Source: Synechococcus sp.
GTDB taxonomy: Bacteria; Cyanobacteriota; Cyanobacteriia; PCC-6307; Cyanobiaceae
DNA length: 64,000 bases
Reading direction: 5' to 3'
Assembly (NCBI GenBank): GCA_047286215.1
Contig: JBJBBS010000001.1
Location: 1,105,170-1,169,169, forward strand
Part shown: positions 53,535 through 64,000 of the stretch, piece after piece
Position numbering within the stretch: position 1 is the first letter of the stretch
Layout of the letters: the number at the start of each line of letters is the position of its first letter
The notes under the pieces: model-generated
The model's input: the letters and a program-made list of their open reading frames with translations, nothing else
What the model was told of the DNA's origin: nothing
The model's database searches: none
Translations under genes and position numbers: made by a program

Positions 53535-54410
53535 ATGGCTGAACCGGTCTCTTCTCCTGTTCTTCCCGGTGATCCGGGTGTGGTTTGGCATCCCTGGAGT
53601 CAATACGAGGACATCCGGCTGGATCGCGCTGAGCCAGGTATGGCCCGTGTGGCCATCAACCGCCCACAGAAACGCAATGCCTTCCGGCCTCGCACCGTGG
53701 CAGAGCTCTGTGATGCCTTCGCGCGCATCCGAGACGACAGCAGCATCGGTGTGGTTCTGCTGACCGGGGTCGGTCCCGCGGAAGACGGCGGATATGCCTT
53801 TTGTGCGGGGGGCGATCAAAGCGTTCGGGGTGATGGTGGTTACCTCGATGAGGAGGGACTGCCTCGCCTGAATGTTTTGGACCTCCAGCGCCTGATCCGC
53901 AGTCTTCCGAAGGTGGTGATCGCTTTGGTGGCGGGTTATGCCATCGGCGGCGGACAGGTGCTGCATTTGCTCTGTGACCTCAGCTTGGCGGCGGACAATG
54001 CGGTGTTCGGGCAGACCGGTCCTCGGGTGGGCAGTTTCGATGGAGGCTTCGGAGCTGGGTATTTGGCGCGGGTCGTCGGTCAGCGCAAGGCACGAGAAAT
54101 CTGGTTTCTCTGCCGCCGTTATGGCGCCAAGCAAGCGCTTGAGATGGGTTTGGTGAACGCGGTGGTTCCGCTTGAGGAGCTGGAAGCTGAAGGGGTGCGT
54201 TGGGCCAGAGAGGTTCTCCAGCACAGTCCAACCGCCATTCGTTGTCTGAAAGCTGCTTTTAATGCGGAAACGGATGGCTTGGCTGGCATTCAGGAGTTGG
54301 CAGGACAAGCCACCCACCTCTTCTATCGAACCGAAGAAGGGCAAGAGGGACGCAACGCCTTCTTGGAAAAACGAGATCCTGACTTCTCGTCCTCACCCTG
54401 GTTGCCGTAG
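53535..54410 (+). CDS. menB: 1,4-dihydroxy-2-naphthoyl-CoA synthase
   Basis: 'FCAGGDQ', 'RLNVLDLQ', 'GSFDGGFG', '[10 protein letters not shown]'. Confidence 0.97.
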   Translation: MAEPVSSPVLPGDPGVVWHPWSQYEDIRLDRAEPGMARVAINRPQKRNAFRPRTVAELCDAFARIRDDSSIGVVLLTGVGPAEDGGYAFCAGGDQSVRGDGGYLDEEGLPRLNVLDLQRLIRSLPKVVIALVAGYAIGGGQVLHLLCDLSLAADNAVFGQTGPRVGSFDGGFGAGYLARVVGQRKAREIWFLCRRYGAKQALEMGLVNAVVPLEELEAEGVRWAREVLQHSPTAIRCLKAAFNAETDGLAGIQELAGQATHLFYRTEEGQEGRNAFLEKRDPDFSSSPWLP

Positions 54411-54426
54411 CTAGACAACGGTTGGG

Positions 54427-55065
54427 ATGTTCAATTGCATCAGGATGTCTGTTCGCAACCGTTCAACTGTTGGGCTGTCTGCTCTCGCCGCTTTGGCGTT
54501 GCTGGTGCCTAGCGGTTCACTGGCAGCTCAGACCAAGCGCGAACCTGACCCCATCCCGCCTATGGCGGAACCGGTCACCGATGCGGAATCCATGGCAAGG
54601 GTTCCTGAAGATCTGCTGTTGAGCGTGGGGTTGCACTTAGTGCTGGATCGCCAGCATCGCCAGCTGCTGGTGCTCAACGACGGCATTTTGACCAAACGGT
54701 TCCCCGCGGCTGTCGGCACCGTGGGCTGGGAAACACCAGCGGGTCGTTTCCGGGTCATGCAGAAGGTCAAGGAGCCGGTCTGGACGCATCCTGTGAGCGG
54801 TCAGAAGCGTGGGCCTGAAGACGCCACCAATCCGCTCGGCAGCCGCTGGATCGGGTTTTACCGCGATTGCAAGGGGCGTGAAGGTTGGGATGGTGAGCAA
54901 TATCTCGACATTGAGGGGTGCACAGTGGCTGGTTTCCACGGAACGCCTTATCGCTGGACGGTGGGACGGGCTGTCTCCCATGGGTGCGTGCGTCTTTACG
55001 AAGAAAACGTGCAGGAGATTTTCGAGATGGTCCGGGTCGGAACTCCGGTGACCGTCCTCCCTTAA
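54427..55065 (+). CDS. L,D-transpeptidase (YkuD)
   Basis: 'GFHGT', 'SHGCVRL'. Confidence 0.92.
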   Translation: MFNCIRMSVRNRSTVGLSALAALALLVPSGSLAAQTKREPDPIPPMAEPVTDAESMARVPEDLLLSVGLHLVLDRQHRQLLVLNDGILTKRFPAAVGTVGWETPAGRFRVMQKVKEPVWTHPVSGQKRGPEDATNPLGSRWIGFYRDCKGREGWDGEQYLDIEGCTVAGFHGTPYRWTVGRAVSHGCVRLYEENVQEIFEMVRVGTPVTVLP

Positions 55066-55124
55066 TCCTTTTGATCCCAGGCGATTGCGCTTAAAGTCGC
55101 GCGGCTTAACGGGTTTGATCGTCC

Positions 55125-56669
55125 ATGCGTGTGCTGTTTGCCGCTGCCGAATGCGCACCGATGGTGAAAGTTGGCGGCATGGGCGATGTGGTCGGATCCC
55201 TGCCGCCGGCCTTGGCTGCGCTCGGTCACGACGTACGCCTGATCATGCCCGGCTACAGCAAACTCTGGAGCCAGCTCGACATCCCGCTTGAGCCCATCTG
55301 GCGTGCGCAGACCATGGGCACAGAATTTGCGGTGTTCGAAACCCGTCACCCCACCAATGGTCTTCCCCTCTACTTAGTCGGCCATCCGGTCTTTGATCCA
55401 GAGCGGATCTATGGCGGTGAAGACGAAGACTGGCGCTTCACGTTCTTTGCCAGTGCTGTTGCGGAATTCTCCTGGAATATGTGGAAGCCCCAGGTGTTGC
55501 ATTGCCACGATTGGCACACCGGCATGATTCCGGTGTGGATGCATCAAGACCCGGAGATCAGCACGGTCTTCACGATCCACAACCTCAAATATCAGGGTCC
55601 TTGGCGCTGGAAGTTGGACCGCATGACCTGGTGCCCCTGGTACATGCAGGGCGATCACACCATGGCCGCGGCCCTGCTTTATGCCGATCGTGTTAATGCT
55701 GTGTCTCCCACTTATGCCCAGGAGATCCGCACCTCTGAATACGGCGAAAAGTTGGAGGGGTTGCTGAATTACATCTCCGGTAAGTTGCGCGGCATTCTTA
55801 ATGGCATCGATTTAGAGGCTTGGAATCCCGCCACCGACAAGACGCTGCCTGCCAATTACGACGCTGAGGATCTCTCGGGTAAGGCGCTGTGCAAATCACT
55901 TCTGCAGGAGCGTATGGGCCTGGAGGTGCGTGATGACGCCTTCGTGCTGGGCATGGTGAGTCGACTTGTCGATCAGAAGGGCGTCGACTTACTCCTACAG
56001 GTTGCCGATCGTTTGCTTGCCTACACCGATACTCAGATTGTGGTGCTTGGAACTGGTGATCGTGGTCTTGAGTCGGGGCTCTGGCAGCTGGCGTCCCGCC
56101 ATCCCGGTCGGGTTTCGGTGTTCCTTACCTATGACGACGCCCTGTCGCGCCTGATTTATGCCGGCAGTGATGCCTTCTTGATGCCTAGTCGCTTCGAGCC
56201 TTGCGGGATCAGCCAGCTCAATGCGATGCGCTATGGCTGCGTTCCGGTCGTGCGCAAGGTGGGTGGTCTGGTCGACACCGTGCCTCCCCACGACCCTCGC
56301 AATCAGGTCGGGACAGGCTTCTGTTTTGACCGCTTCGAGCCAGTTGATTTCTACACAGCCCTGGTTCGTGCCTGGGAGGCCTACCGCCATCAGGACAGCT
56401 GGAAGCAGCTGCAACGGCGAGGAATGCTGCAGGATTACAGCTGGGATCGATCGGCGCTTGAGTACGACCGGATGTACCGAGATGTCTGCGGGATCAAAGA
56501 ACCCGGCCCGGATGCCGCCGAGGTGGAACAGTTTTCCCAGGGTCAAGACGCTGACCCCTCGCGCAATGGTGCGATGCCCAGCGAGGCCAGCAATATTGCT
56601 TCTGAAGACGCCGTTGAACGCAATAGTCGCAATCCCTTAGCGCGCCTTCTTCGTCAGTCGCGAAAATAA
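55125..56669 (+). CDS. glgA: Glycogen synthase
   Basis: 'KVGGMGDV', 'HCHDWH', 'SRLVDQKG', 'PSRFEPCG'. Confidence 0.97.
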   Translation: MRVLFAAAECAPMVKVGGMGDVVGSLPPALAALGHDVRLIMPGYSKLWSQLDIPLEPIWRAQTMGTEFAVFETRHPTNGLPLYLVGHPVFDPERIYGGEDEDWRFTFFASAVAEFSWNMWKPQVLHCHDWHTGMIPVWMHQDPEISTVFTIHNLKYQGPWRWKLDRMTWCPWYMQGDHTMAAALLYADRVNAVSPTYAQEIRTSEYGEKLEGLLNYISGKLRGILNGIDLEAWNPATDKTLPANYDAEDLSGKALCKSLLQERMGLEVRDDAFVLGMVSRLVDQKGVDLLLQVADRLLAYTDTQIVVLGTGDRGLESGLWQLASRHPGRVSVFLTYDDALSRLIYAGSDAFLMPSRFEPCGISQLNAMRYGCVPVVRKVGGLVDTVPPHDPRNQVGTGFCFDRFEPVDFYTALVRAWEAYRHQDSWKQLQRRGMLQDYSWDRSALEYDRMYRDVCGIKEPGPDAAEVEQFSQGQDADPSRNGAMPSEASNIASEDAVERNSRNPLARLLRQSRK

Positions 56670-56679
56670 AATCTGACCC

Positions 56680-57516
56680 TTGTCGACCCATGCTGTCTTG
56701 GGGCAACGTTGGTCGAGCAGAGCTCTCTCAGGGATGCCGGATCAGTCTTCATCCGATGAGCGCTGTCTCCCGGCTCCTTATCAGAGTCCCTGGGGTGCTT
56801 TGCGTGAAGATGTGCCCGCTGCTGCAGCTGACCTCCGCCTGCGTTTTCAGGAGCTCTGGCGCCGCAACCGGGAGGGTGATCTGTCGACGCCTGGCTTTTG
56901 GCCAGCCGACCTGGCTCCGCTGTTTTGGCCGGTTGTGCTCGCCTTGATCGTGGTCACTTTCACCCTGGGATTGATCCAGCTGAAGTCGGTCTTTCAGGAA
57001 GCCAACAACACATCTGTACAGGGTATCGAGACGATTCGCACCACCCCGCCCCCTGAGATGCGATCAGAGAACGCAGATTCTGATCTGGAGGTGCAGTCAG
57101 CTCCGCTGTCGCTGCCACCGCTGTCTCAGGAGCCTGATCCGCCGTTGCCAAACACGGAGTCTGCCCTTGTAGAGCCTGAACCACTTCCAACGGAGCGAGC
57201 TTTACAACCGATGCGTCAGGTGGACCCATTGCTCAGCTTGTTGGCCCAGGCTGATGCTGATGGCACAGTCCCCGATGGCCTACTGCTCTCAGCAAGCCCT
57301 TTGCCTGATCGCAACGCCGCTGTCTTGGTGCTTGATATGTCGTTGTGGGATGCCTTGGCAGCATCGTCTCGCAGAACATCTGCCGAGCTGTGGTGGCACA
57401 TGCTTGAGGATCAGGGTTACGACGACATCACCATGGAAGACGTGGATCACAATCTGCTAGCGCGGCCAGCTCGCGTTGGTGGAGGCATGATCATGTTCGA
57501 TCCGCCGCAATTGTGA
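56680..57516 (+). CDS. Conserved hypothetical membrane-anchored protein
   Basis: 'WRRNREGDL..P.FWP', TM, 'LLARPARVGGGMI'. Confidence 0.75.
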   Translation: MSTHAVLGQRWSSRALSGMPDQSSSDERCLPAPYQSPWGALREDVPAAAADLRLRFQELWRRNREGDLSTPGFWPADLAPLFWPVVLALIVVTFTLGLIQLKSVFQEANNTSVQGIETIRTTPPPEMRSENADSDLEVQSAPLSLPPLSQEPDPPLPNTESALVEPEPLPTERALQPMRQVDPLLSLLAQADADGTVPDGLLLSASPLPDRNAAVLVLDMSLWDALAASSRRTSAELWWHMLEDQGYDDITMEDVDHNLLARPARVGGGMIMFDPPQL

Positions 57517-58922
57517 TGACGCTGCAGCTTGCCCAGCTCGTGGAGCTCTGGGGGCCGCCGGTGCTCAACAACAGTGAGCCTCCAGACCTGAAGGTGGCGA
57601 TGGGTCCGGTCTGCACGGATAGTCGTGAGCTGCAGTCCGGTGCGCTGTTCATTCCGCTTCGGGGAGAACGCTTTGATGGTCATGCGTTTTTGGAACGCGC
57701 ATCAGAGTTGGGAGCCCAGGCCGCCCTGGTGGCTAGCGACTGGGATCAACCGCTGCCAGATGGATTGCTGTGCTGGCATGTGGAGAACACCCTCTGGGCT
57801 TATCAGCAATTAGCCACGTTGCATCGACGCCAGCTCATGGCGGGGGTTGTGGCTGTGACGGGTTCGGCCGGGAAAACTACAACGCGTGAGCTGATTCGTG
57901 CCGCACTGAGACCCCTTGGTGCCGTGCAGGCCAGCATTAGCAACAACAACAACGACATTGGCGTCCCCCTCACCTTGATGGGTGCTCAGTCGAACCATGC
58001 AGCAGTGGTGGTGGAGATGGGGATGCGTGGTTTTGGCGAGATTGAGCGGTTGTCGCGTTGCACTGAGCCCGACATTGCAGTGATCACCAACATCGGCACG
58101 GCGCACATCGGTCGTCTTGGCAGCAGGGCTGCCATTGCCACAGCCAAGTGTGAGATCACGGCTGCCCTAGCGCCCCGTGGTGTGGTGGTGATTCCAGCCG
58201 GCGATGGCCTGTTGGAAGATGCGCTGGCCCGCTGTTGGACCGGTCGCATTGTGCGTGTCGCTCTGGAGGGTGACACCCCGCAGCACGGTCCAGTTGTGCT
58301 TGGTCTTGAAGCTGATGGGTTACCCGCTGCGGATTGGACTGGGGTGCACGACGCGGATGCAGGTGTGCTCCAGGTGAACGGTGTGCGCCTGACCTGTCCT
58401 TTGGAGGGCCGCCACAATGCCCGCAATCTGATGCTGGCGCTTGCAGTCGCCGACGAACTGGGCGTTCCGCTCACAGATCTTCAATCCCTCGATGTGGATG
58501 TGCCGGGCGGACGTAACCGCAGACTCACCATCGGCACCCTCACACTGTTGGATGAGACCTACAACGCCTCTCCAGAGGCAGTGCTGGCTGCGCTTGATCT
58601 GCTGGCGCAACAACCGGGTCGCCGCTTCGCTGTTCTCGGCACGATGCTCGAGCTTGGAAACAGCAGTGTTGAGCTTCACCGGGCTGTTGTGGAGCGAGCC
58701 GTTGCCCTCAATCTCGATGGATTGGTGGCTGTGGCATCGGGAGCTGAGGGAGCTGTGATGGAGGATGCAGCTGCATCGCTGGGGTGCTTCGCGCGTGTTG
58801 ATTCACCTGAACAGGCAGTTGAGCCACTCAGTCGCTGGTTGCGCCCCCACGACACTGTGTTGCTCAAAGCAAGCCGCGGTGTGGCCTTAGAGCGCCTGAT
58901 TCCCTTGTTGCGATCTCCATGA
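57513..58922 (+). CDS. murF: UDP-MurNAc-tripeptide:D-Ala-D-Ala ligase
   Basis: 'TDSR', 'TGSAGKTTT', 'NNDIGVP', 'EMGMRG', 'DETYNASP', 'KASRG'. Confidence 0.96.
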   Translation: MMTLQLAQLVELWGPPVLNNSEPPDLKVAMGPVCTDSRELQSGALFIPLRGERFDGHAFLERASELGAQAALVASDWDQPLPDGLLCWHVENTLWAYQQLATLHRRQLMAGVVAVTGSAGKTTTRELIRAALRPLGAVQASISNNNNDIGVPLTLMGAQSNHAAVVVEMGMRGFGEIERLSRCTEPDIAVITNIGTAHIGRLGSRAAIATAKCEITAALAPRGVVVIPAGDGLLEDALARCWTGRIVRVALEGDTPQHGPVVLGLEADGLPAADWTGVHDADAGVLQVNGVRLTCPLEGRHNARNLMLALAVADELGVPLTDLQSLDVDVPGGRNRRLTIGTLTLLDETYNASPEAVLAALDLLAQQPGRRFAVLGTMLELGNSSVELHRAVVERAVALNLDGLVAVASGAEGAVMEDAAASLGCFARVDSPEQAVEPLSRWLRPHDTVLLKASRGVALERLIPLLRSP

Positions 58923-58931
58923 GGGTTGTGG

Positions 58932-59147
58932 TCAAGCCGCTATCGGCATGGTTTGGGTGTCTTCGCAGCGGATCAGGTCGATGGCGTTCGGATGATGCTT
59001 GATGAATGGAATGTCCTCCATGGCCAGCACTCTGGCTTCAAAGGCATCGCCTGCATAGAAACAACCTTCCGTTCGATGACTGAAGGCATCGCGGTAGCGA
59101 ACCGTGTAGCGCTTCTTGTTCTGCATAGCTTCGCAGGATGAATGCAC
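58932..59147 (-). CDS. Small conserved hypothetical protein
   Basis: 'KRYTVRYRD...EGCFYA.DAFEAR.LAME'. Confidence 0.7.
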   Translation of the reverse strand: MHSSCEAMQNKKRYTVRYRDAFSHRTEGCFYAGDAFEARVLAMEDIPFIKHHPNAIDLIRCEDTQTMPIAA

Positions 59148-59553
59148 CCAAGCTCCCGCAGCATCAGGATCTGACCATCATCCGCGTCTGAAGAGAATCC
59201 GCTGATTGCATGCCGCACGACTCTCTCTTCAAGCGTCAGGTCGATGGGGGCCATCGCCTGTTAGGTCCATTTCTGGTCATGACGACTCGAGATCAGTGGC
59301 GTCGATCGAATCTGCAGCGGACGCGCGGAGCTGATGCCCCACCATCGACTACCGCTCGATAAGGGGTGACGTTCAGTTGACCCAGTCCTTCATTGCTGTT
59401 CAGCTTGTTGAGACCAGCCGAAGCGATCTGTCAATCAAATCCACTCAACAAATCCCGGTTGTTGCCGATCCAGGTTCGAGGTGCCTCTTCAACACTGAGG
59501 TCGCTATTCCCAACAAGGGTGGACGGCATTGAGGCTTGTGCTGCCTCCTGACG

Positions 59554-60918
59554 TCAGGAGGCGGAAGGTGAGCTGCGCGCGTTCCAGCCTTCTCTCACGT
59601 TCTGGCGGGCGCGACCGATGGCGAGGGAGCCGTCGCTGACATCCTTGGTGATCGTGGAGCCTGCGGCGATCGTCACCTCCCGTCCGATGCTGACGGGGGC
59701 CACAAGCACGGAATTGGCTCCGGTTTTGCTGCGATCTCCGATCACCGTTCGATGTTTATTGACACCGTCGTAGTTGGCTGTGATGGTTCCTGCACCCACA
59801 TTCACTTGTTCACCCAGTTGTGCATCTCCGATGTAGCTGAGGTGATTCACTTTGCTGCCAGCGGCGATCGTGCTTTTTTTCACTTCAACGAAGTTGCCGA
59901 TTTTGCAGTCATCGCCGATGTGGGCGGCAGGGCGGAGGTGAGCAAACGGGCCAATGGCCACGTCATTGCCGACAGAAGCTTCCTGAATCACGGAATGCAG
60001 CACGGTGACGCCATCGCCGATCACAGCGTCTTGAATCAAGCTGCCTGGCCCAAGCCTGCAGTTGTCGCCCACACTGCAGACACCACGGAGGTGTGTTTGG
60101 GGCTCGATCACCACATCGTGACCGAAGCGGCAGTCTTCGCTCAGGGTGCAACTACTGGGATCCACGAAGGTGACTCCTTCATCCATCCAGTGGTCCCGAA
60201 GCCGTTGTTGAAGGAGTGCTTCGCATTGCGCTAATTGACGTCGATTGTTGATGCCATTGACCTCATCAGCATCCGCCACTTCGACATGCATGGCACGTTC
60301 GAGCATGGCCACGGTGTCGGTCAGATAGAGCTCTCCTTGGTCGTTGTCGGTGCTTAGTTGCGGTAACACGGCTGCGAGGCGCTGCCAGTTGAAGCAGTAG
60401 ATGCCGGCATTGGTGAGATTGTTGCTGCGTTGCTCCTCGCTGCAGTCGCGATGTTCAACGATGGCGCTGACACAACCTTCGCCATCCACGAACACTCGGC
60501 CGTATCCCGTTGGATCGTCTAGACGAGCGGTTAGCAGCGTGACATCAGCGCCACTGCTGCGATGGGTGCTCACGAGCTGATCGATGGTTGCGGCCCGCAA
60601 CAGGGGAACATCGCCATTCAGCACCAGCAATTCCCCGAAGAAACCTTCTAATGGGCTCATCAACTGCTGAACAGCGTGTCCGGTGCCGTTTTGTGGTTGT
60701 TGCAGCACAAACTCCAGCCCGTTCACATGGCTCAGCTGTTGTTCGACCCGTTCCGCTTGGTGGCCCACGATCAACACCCGACGGTCCGGTTGAAGGTTGC
60801 GGGCGCTTGCAAGAACGCGTTCCACCAGCGTGGCGCCTGCCAGGGGTTGCAGCACCTTGGGAAGAGCGCTTTTCATGCGGGTGCCTTTTCCTGCGGCCAG
60901 AACGGCGACGGCGAGCAT
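59554..60918 (-). CDS. glmU: Bifunctional GlcNAc-1-P uridyltransferase/acetyltransferase
   Basis: '[11 protein letters not shown]', 'GPFAHLRP', 'GNFVE.K', 'HLSYIGDA', '[11 protein letters not shown]'. Confidence 0.97.
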   Translation of the reverse strand: MLAVAVLAAGKGTRMKSALPKVLQPLAGATLVERVLASARNLQPDRRVLIVGHQAERVEQQLSHVNGLEFVLQQPQNGTGHAVQQLMSPLEGFFGELLVLNGDVPLLRAATIDQLVSTHRSSGADVTLLTARLDDPTGYGRVFVDGEGCVSAIVEHRDCSEEQRSNNLTNAGIYCFNWQRLAAVLPQLSTDNDQGELYLTDTVAMLERAMHVEVADADEVNGINNRRQLAQCEALLQQRLRDHWMDEGVTFVDPSSCTLSEDCRFGHDVVIEPQTHLRGVCSVGDNCRLGPGSLIQDAVIGDGVTVLHSVIQEASVGNDVAIGPFAHLRPAAHIGDDCKIGNFVEVKKSTIAAGSKVNHLSYIGDAQLGEQVNVGAGTITANYDGVNKHRTVIGDRSKTGANSVLVAPVSIGREVTIAAGSTITKDVSDGSLAIGRARQNVREGWNARSSPSAS

Positions 60919-60991
60919 GAACAAACAAGCGGATCGGCCGGAATCTACCGGGACTTGCTGACGCAGCCCATCTCTTGATTGCGTCCCTGCT

Positions 60992-61201
60992 TCAGTGACC
61001 AAGCAGGGTGCAACTGGGTTGCCGGATCAGCGCATGGGCTCGCTGGCGGGTGCAGTCCATCGGTTGCAGCACGGTGCTGAACCGTTCTTCACCGCGGAAT
61101 GCCTCCAGCACGAGCAGGCTCCCGACAAACACGATCTGAAAGGTCCAGGCATCGAAGCCAGAGAGTGTGAACGTCATGGCTGAGATGACCAACACCACCA
61201 T
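60992..61201 (-). CDS. Small hydrophobic hypothetical protein
   Basis: Hydrophobic N-half; ORF only. Confidence 0.3.
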   Translation of the reverse strand: MVVLVISAMTFTLSGFDAWTFQIVFVGSLLVLEAFRGEERFSTVLQPMDCTRQRAHALIRQPSCTLLGH

Positions 61202-61513
61202 CAGCCTGCTCCTTCACCGTGCCGAGTCCTGTGATCCTTTGAACCTTTTTGGCTGGCGCCGTTCGGCATGACCGCCTCGATGCGACACCGATCGGCGCTC
61301 GCCCATGGGTTGGTTGGACGGATGCTGGCGTGCGTGTGCTTTCGCAAAGGTTCTCAGCACGCAGGATTGATTTTGTGAAGATCGCCTGATTTTCCATTGA
61401 TTGCCAAGGTTTCAACTGTGTTTGGGCGAACAGATTGCTTCCAGACGGTGTGATGCCTGCTGGCATTCATTGGTGGGTGTCGACAAGATGCACGAGGACA
61501 GGATCAATCGCCC

Positions 61514-62278
61514 GTGAGCACATTTCGTGACACAGTCTTCCGGTCGTTGTATATCGAGGATGACGAGGGAAGAGCATCCAATGTCGTCAAGGTCATTGGC
61601 CTCTTGATTGCATTCTCGATCGTTTTGGCGATTGTCGCGACAGAGCCAGTGGTTCGATCCTCTCAGGGAGGCTTGCTCGTTAATCTTGATATCGCTGTTG
61701 CGGTTGTTTTTCTGATTGAGTATCTCGCAAGACTTTGGGTCGCACCTCTCAAAAAGGGTGCAAGAAGAGGTCTTCGAGGTGCTTGGGATTATGTCCTCAC
61801 GCCTTTAGCCATTCTTGATCTCATTGCCATTGCACCAACCATTCTTGGGTTTATTACGCCTGAGCTCTACTTGCTCAGGATTATGCGATTGGTACGCATT
61901 GGCCGCGTCGGTCGCTCCAAGCGTTTTCGTCAAAGCATCAAGTACTTCAATCAAGCCATTGCTGCGAAGAAGGAAGCACTTCTGATCTCGGCCGTTTACT
62001 CAGGCATTGTCATCACCATCAGCAGCATCTTGATGTTCTTGGCAGAAGGAAGCGTCCAAGTGGAGCAGTTCGGTTCGATTCCTCGATGCCTCTGGTGGTC
62101 AGTGATTACAGTCACCACTGTCGGATATGGCGATACCTACCCGGTCACGGCACTTGGGAAACTGATTGCGTCATTCACAGCAATCTGCGGAATCGCGGTG
62201 ATCGCAATTCCCATTGGAATTATCTCCGCTGGCTTCACAGAGTCTTTGGGGTCGGAGGATTACAGCAAAGACTCCTAA
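61514..62278 (+). CDS. 6-TM voltage-gated-type K+ channel (ion transporter)
   Basis: S4 'LLRIMRLVRIGRVGRSKR', filter 'WWSVITVTTVGYGD'. Confidence 0.92.
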   Translation: MSTFRDTVFRSLYIEDDEGRASNVVKVIGLLIAFSIVLAIVATEPVVRSSQGGLLVNLDIAVAVVFLIEYLARLWVAPLKKGARRGLRGAWDYVLTPLAILDLIAIAPTILGFITPELYLLRIMRLVRIGRVGRSKRFRQSIKYFNQAIAAKKEALLISAVYSGIVITISSILMFLAEGSVQVEQFGSIPRCLWWSVITVTTVGYGDTYPVTALGKLIASFTAICGIAVIAIPIGIISAGFTESLGSEDYSKDS

Positions 62279-62501
62279 ATCCTCTTTGGTTGATGATGGC
62301 GAGATTGGAGCAACTTTGTTTTTCATGCAAAGAATGGCTGCTGTGATGTCAAGTTGGTACACATTGATGAAGATTTGATGATGGCCATCATCAGTCAGCA
62401 TCAGCAGACTCGCTGGCGTCCAGAACCAGCTCACCAAGACATAGGCCATGGGAATTCCGTCGGCCTTAGCGCTGCGTAAGGCAAGTAGCCATTTGTCGCC
62501 T

Positions 62502-63425
62502 TCAGCGTTTCACTGATGTCTTTTTGATCCACCTGCGCTGCCAGGCGCTGGTGCTCTCCTTGTTGCAATCTTGTTGTTCGTGTTGGCGCCTTTTGCGGAT
62601 CTGTGGAGCATCATCCTCACTTTTAGGGTCTCGGTAAGGCACGGCTGCGCGTGTGTTGAGATGCTCGATCTCCATCGTCCATAGCGGCTTCCATCCGGGG
62701 CCATGGTTAGGGAGTGGTTCAGGCCCACCGGGTTTCACCGCCAGAGTTCCTGAGCTCCACTCCGTTCGTTGCCCAGGTGCAGGTTGCAAAGAGCGCAGTT
62801 CCAATCCGGCGCGTTGCAAGCTGGCACGCATGGCAGCTGCTCTCGAGTAGGTCAGCAGTCTTCCGCCGGGTGCAAGACGGTTTGCGAGTGCGCCCAGAAA
62901 TTCTTCGGTCCAAAGTTCCGGACATCTGCCTGGGGAGAAGGCATCCATCAGGATCAAGTCCGTTTTCCAGTTCTCGGGAAGGTCGTGCACCGTGCGGCGT
63001 GCATCACCCCAGAGCAAGGTTCCTTGGGCATGTGGTTCGCGCCACCCATTGCAATGATTGAGCTGCTCCAGTCTCTTAAGCACCTTTGCTGACCAAAGGG
63101 AGCGAAAGGATGCTTGGGCGAGCGCCAATGAGAGAGGGCGCGGATCCATCTCGAGTCCCCACCACTGCAGCAAGGGCGCTCCCTGCTCCGGTAGAGCGTT
63201 CATCAGTGCAGCGCTGTTGTAGCCCAGTCCGACGCACACATCGAGAACCCGCAGTAGGGAATGCTCGGAGAAGCGCTCCAGTTGAGCTGGTCTGACAAAT
63301 TTTGCTTCTGCTTCGGCGAGGGCGCCGATGGAGCTGTGAAACGCTTCGTCAAATCGTTCGCTGTGAAGACTCAGGCTTCCATCGCCGGTCTGCAGCGCGA
63401 TCAATTGACCAAGCGGGTGGCTCAA
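62502..63425 (-). CDS. MnmC/MnmD-type tRNA methyltransferase
   Basis: 'TGDGS.SL.SE.F.EAFHS', '[10 protein letters not shown]', 'MDAFSP..CPELW'. Confidence 0.85.
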   Translation of the reverse strand: MSHPLGQLIALQTGDGSLSLHSERFDEAFHSSIGALAEAEAKFVRPAQLERFSEHSLLRVLDVCVGLGYNSAALMNALPEQGAPLLQWWGLEMDPRPLSLALAQASFRSLWSAKVLKRLEQLNHCNGWREPHAQGTLLWGDARRTVHDLPENWKTDLILMDAFSPGRCPELWTEEFLGALANRLAPGGRLLTYSRAAAMRASLQRAGLELRSLQPAPGQRTEWSSGTLAVKPGGPEPLPNHGPGWKPLWTMEIEHLNTRAAVPYRDPKSEDDAPQIRKRRQHEQQDCNKESTSAWQRRWIKKTSVKR

Positions 63426-64000
63426 TGGTGCAGCCTGTTGAGGTCATCCCAGAACGTGGGGTAACTCACTGCTGCCGCATCGCTGCGCATCAGGGTTGAA
63501 TCGCCTTCGGCCAATAACGCGGCGACAGCCAGGCTCATCGCCACGCGGTGATCGGTCTCGCTGTCGAGAGATGCTCCATGCAGTGGACGTCCCCCACGGA
63601 TGGTGAGGCCATCCTCATGTTCATCGATGTCGGCGCCCATCGCCTTCAATTGCCGTGCCATCACGGCGAGTCGGTCTGTTTCTTTCACCCGAAGCTCTGA
63701 GGCTCCAGTGATGCGGCTTTCGCCTTCACAGAAGCACGCTGCGACGCTGAGGATTGGCACCTCGTCCACCAGCCGGGGCATGATTTCCTCACCAAACGTG
63801 AAGGCCTGAAGGGGGCCGTGCTTGATCCTGAGATCGCCGACAGGTTCTCCTGCGACGTCGTGCTGATTCAACACCTCGATCTGTGCTCCCATCTGTTGGA
63901 GCACCTCGAGCACGCCAGTGCGGGTGGGATTCAAGCCCACGTTTTCCACCGTCAGGTCTGCGCCTGGAACCAGGGCGCCGGCCACCAACCAGAAGGCTGC
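63422..64000 (-). CDS. aroA: EPSP synthase, 3' part (continues beyond window)
   Basis: 'GLNPTRTG', 'LVDEVP', 'ELRVKETDR', 'DHRVAMS', 'SYPTF'. Confidence 0.96.
   Translation of the reverse strand, partial: AAFWLVAGALVPGADLTVENVGLNPTRTGVLEVLQQMGAQIEVLNQHDVAGEPVGDLRIKHGPLQAFTFGEEIMPRLVDEVPILSVAACFCEGESRITGASELRVKETDRLAVMARQLKAMGADIDEHEDGLTIRGGRPLHGASLDSETDHRVAMSLAVAALLAEGDSTLMRSDAAAVSYPTFWDDLNRLHH

Noticed and set aside
53400-54344. 314-aa minus-strand ORF
   Set aside because: Antisense shadow of menB.
1-64000. Search for tRNA, rRNA, integrase, transposase, terminal inverted repeats or att sites
   Set aside because: None recognisable by eye. Island character is inferred from gene content and composition only.
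1-64000. Scattered GCGATCGC (HIP1) octamers
   Set aside because: Only occasional copies noticed; enrichment cannot be claimed without counting against expectation.

Overview
This 64-kb window reads as a marine picocyanobacterial (Synechococcus-like) chromosome segment. From about 49.5 kb to the end it is core genome: DUF4336, DUF760, lepB, menD, menB, an L,D-transpeptidase, glgA, murF, glmU, an MnmC/MnmD-type methyltransferase and a partial aroA, with a K+ channel gene inserted. The first ~49 kb is a mosaic accessory region. Its centre (~11.4-35 kb) is a large trace-metal island. It holds an MntCAB-type ABC transporter followed by a signal-peptide iota-class carbonic anhydrase candidate, a cytochrome c6, a DUF318/DUF1980/Ig-propeller module, and a Zn-type ABC transporter ending in a His/Asp-rich predicted outer-membrane beta-barrel. 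It also holds hupE under a cobalamin riboswitch, a Crp regulator with paired Fur-like boxes, a metallothionein with two Zur-like boxes, DUF411, and a six-gene Zur-boxed operon (COG0523-like GTPase, two atypical metallophosphoesterases, DUF3721, PepSY-TM). Around the island are Cu/Zn-SOD, an orphan MetR, a Yfr2-like sRNA, an nblA-like gene, small unannotated ORFs, two pseudogenes (DUF427 and a Nif11-leader RiPP precursor), a keto-acid decarboxylase/flavin oxidase cluster and a mosaic RTX protein. I saw no tRNA, rRNA, integrase, transposase or CRISPR array. All family calls come from motif recognition by eye, not database searches.
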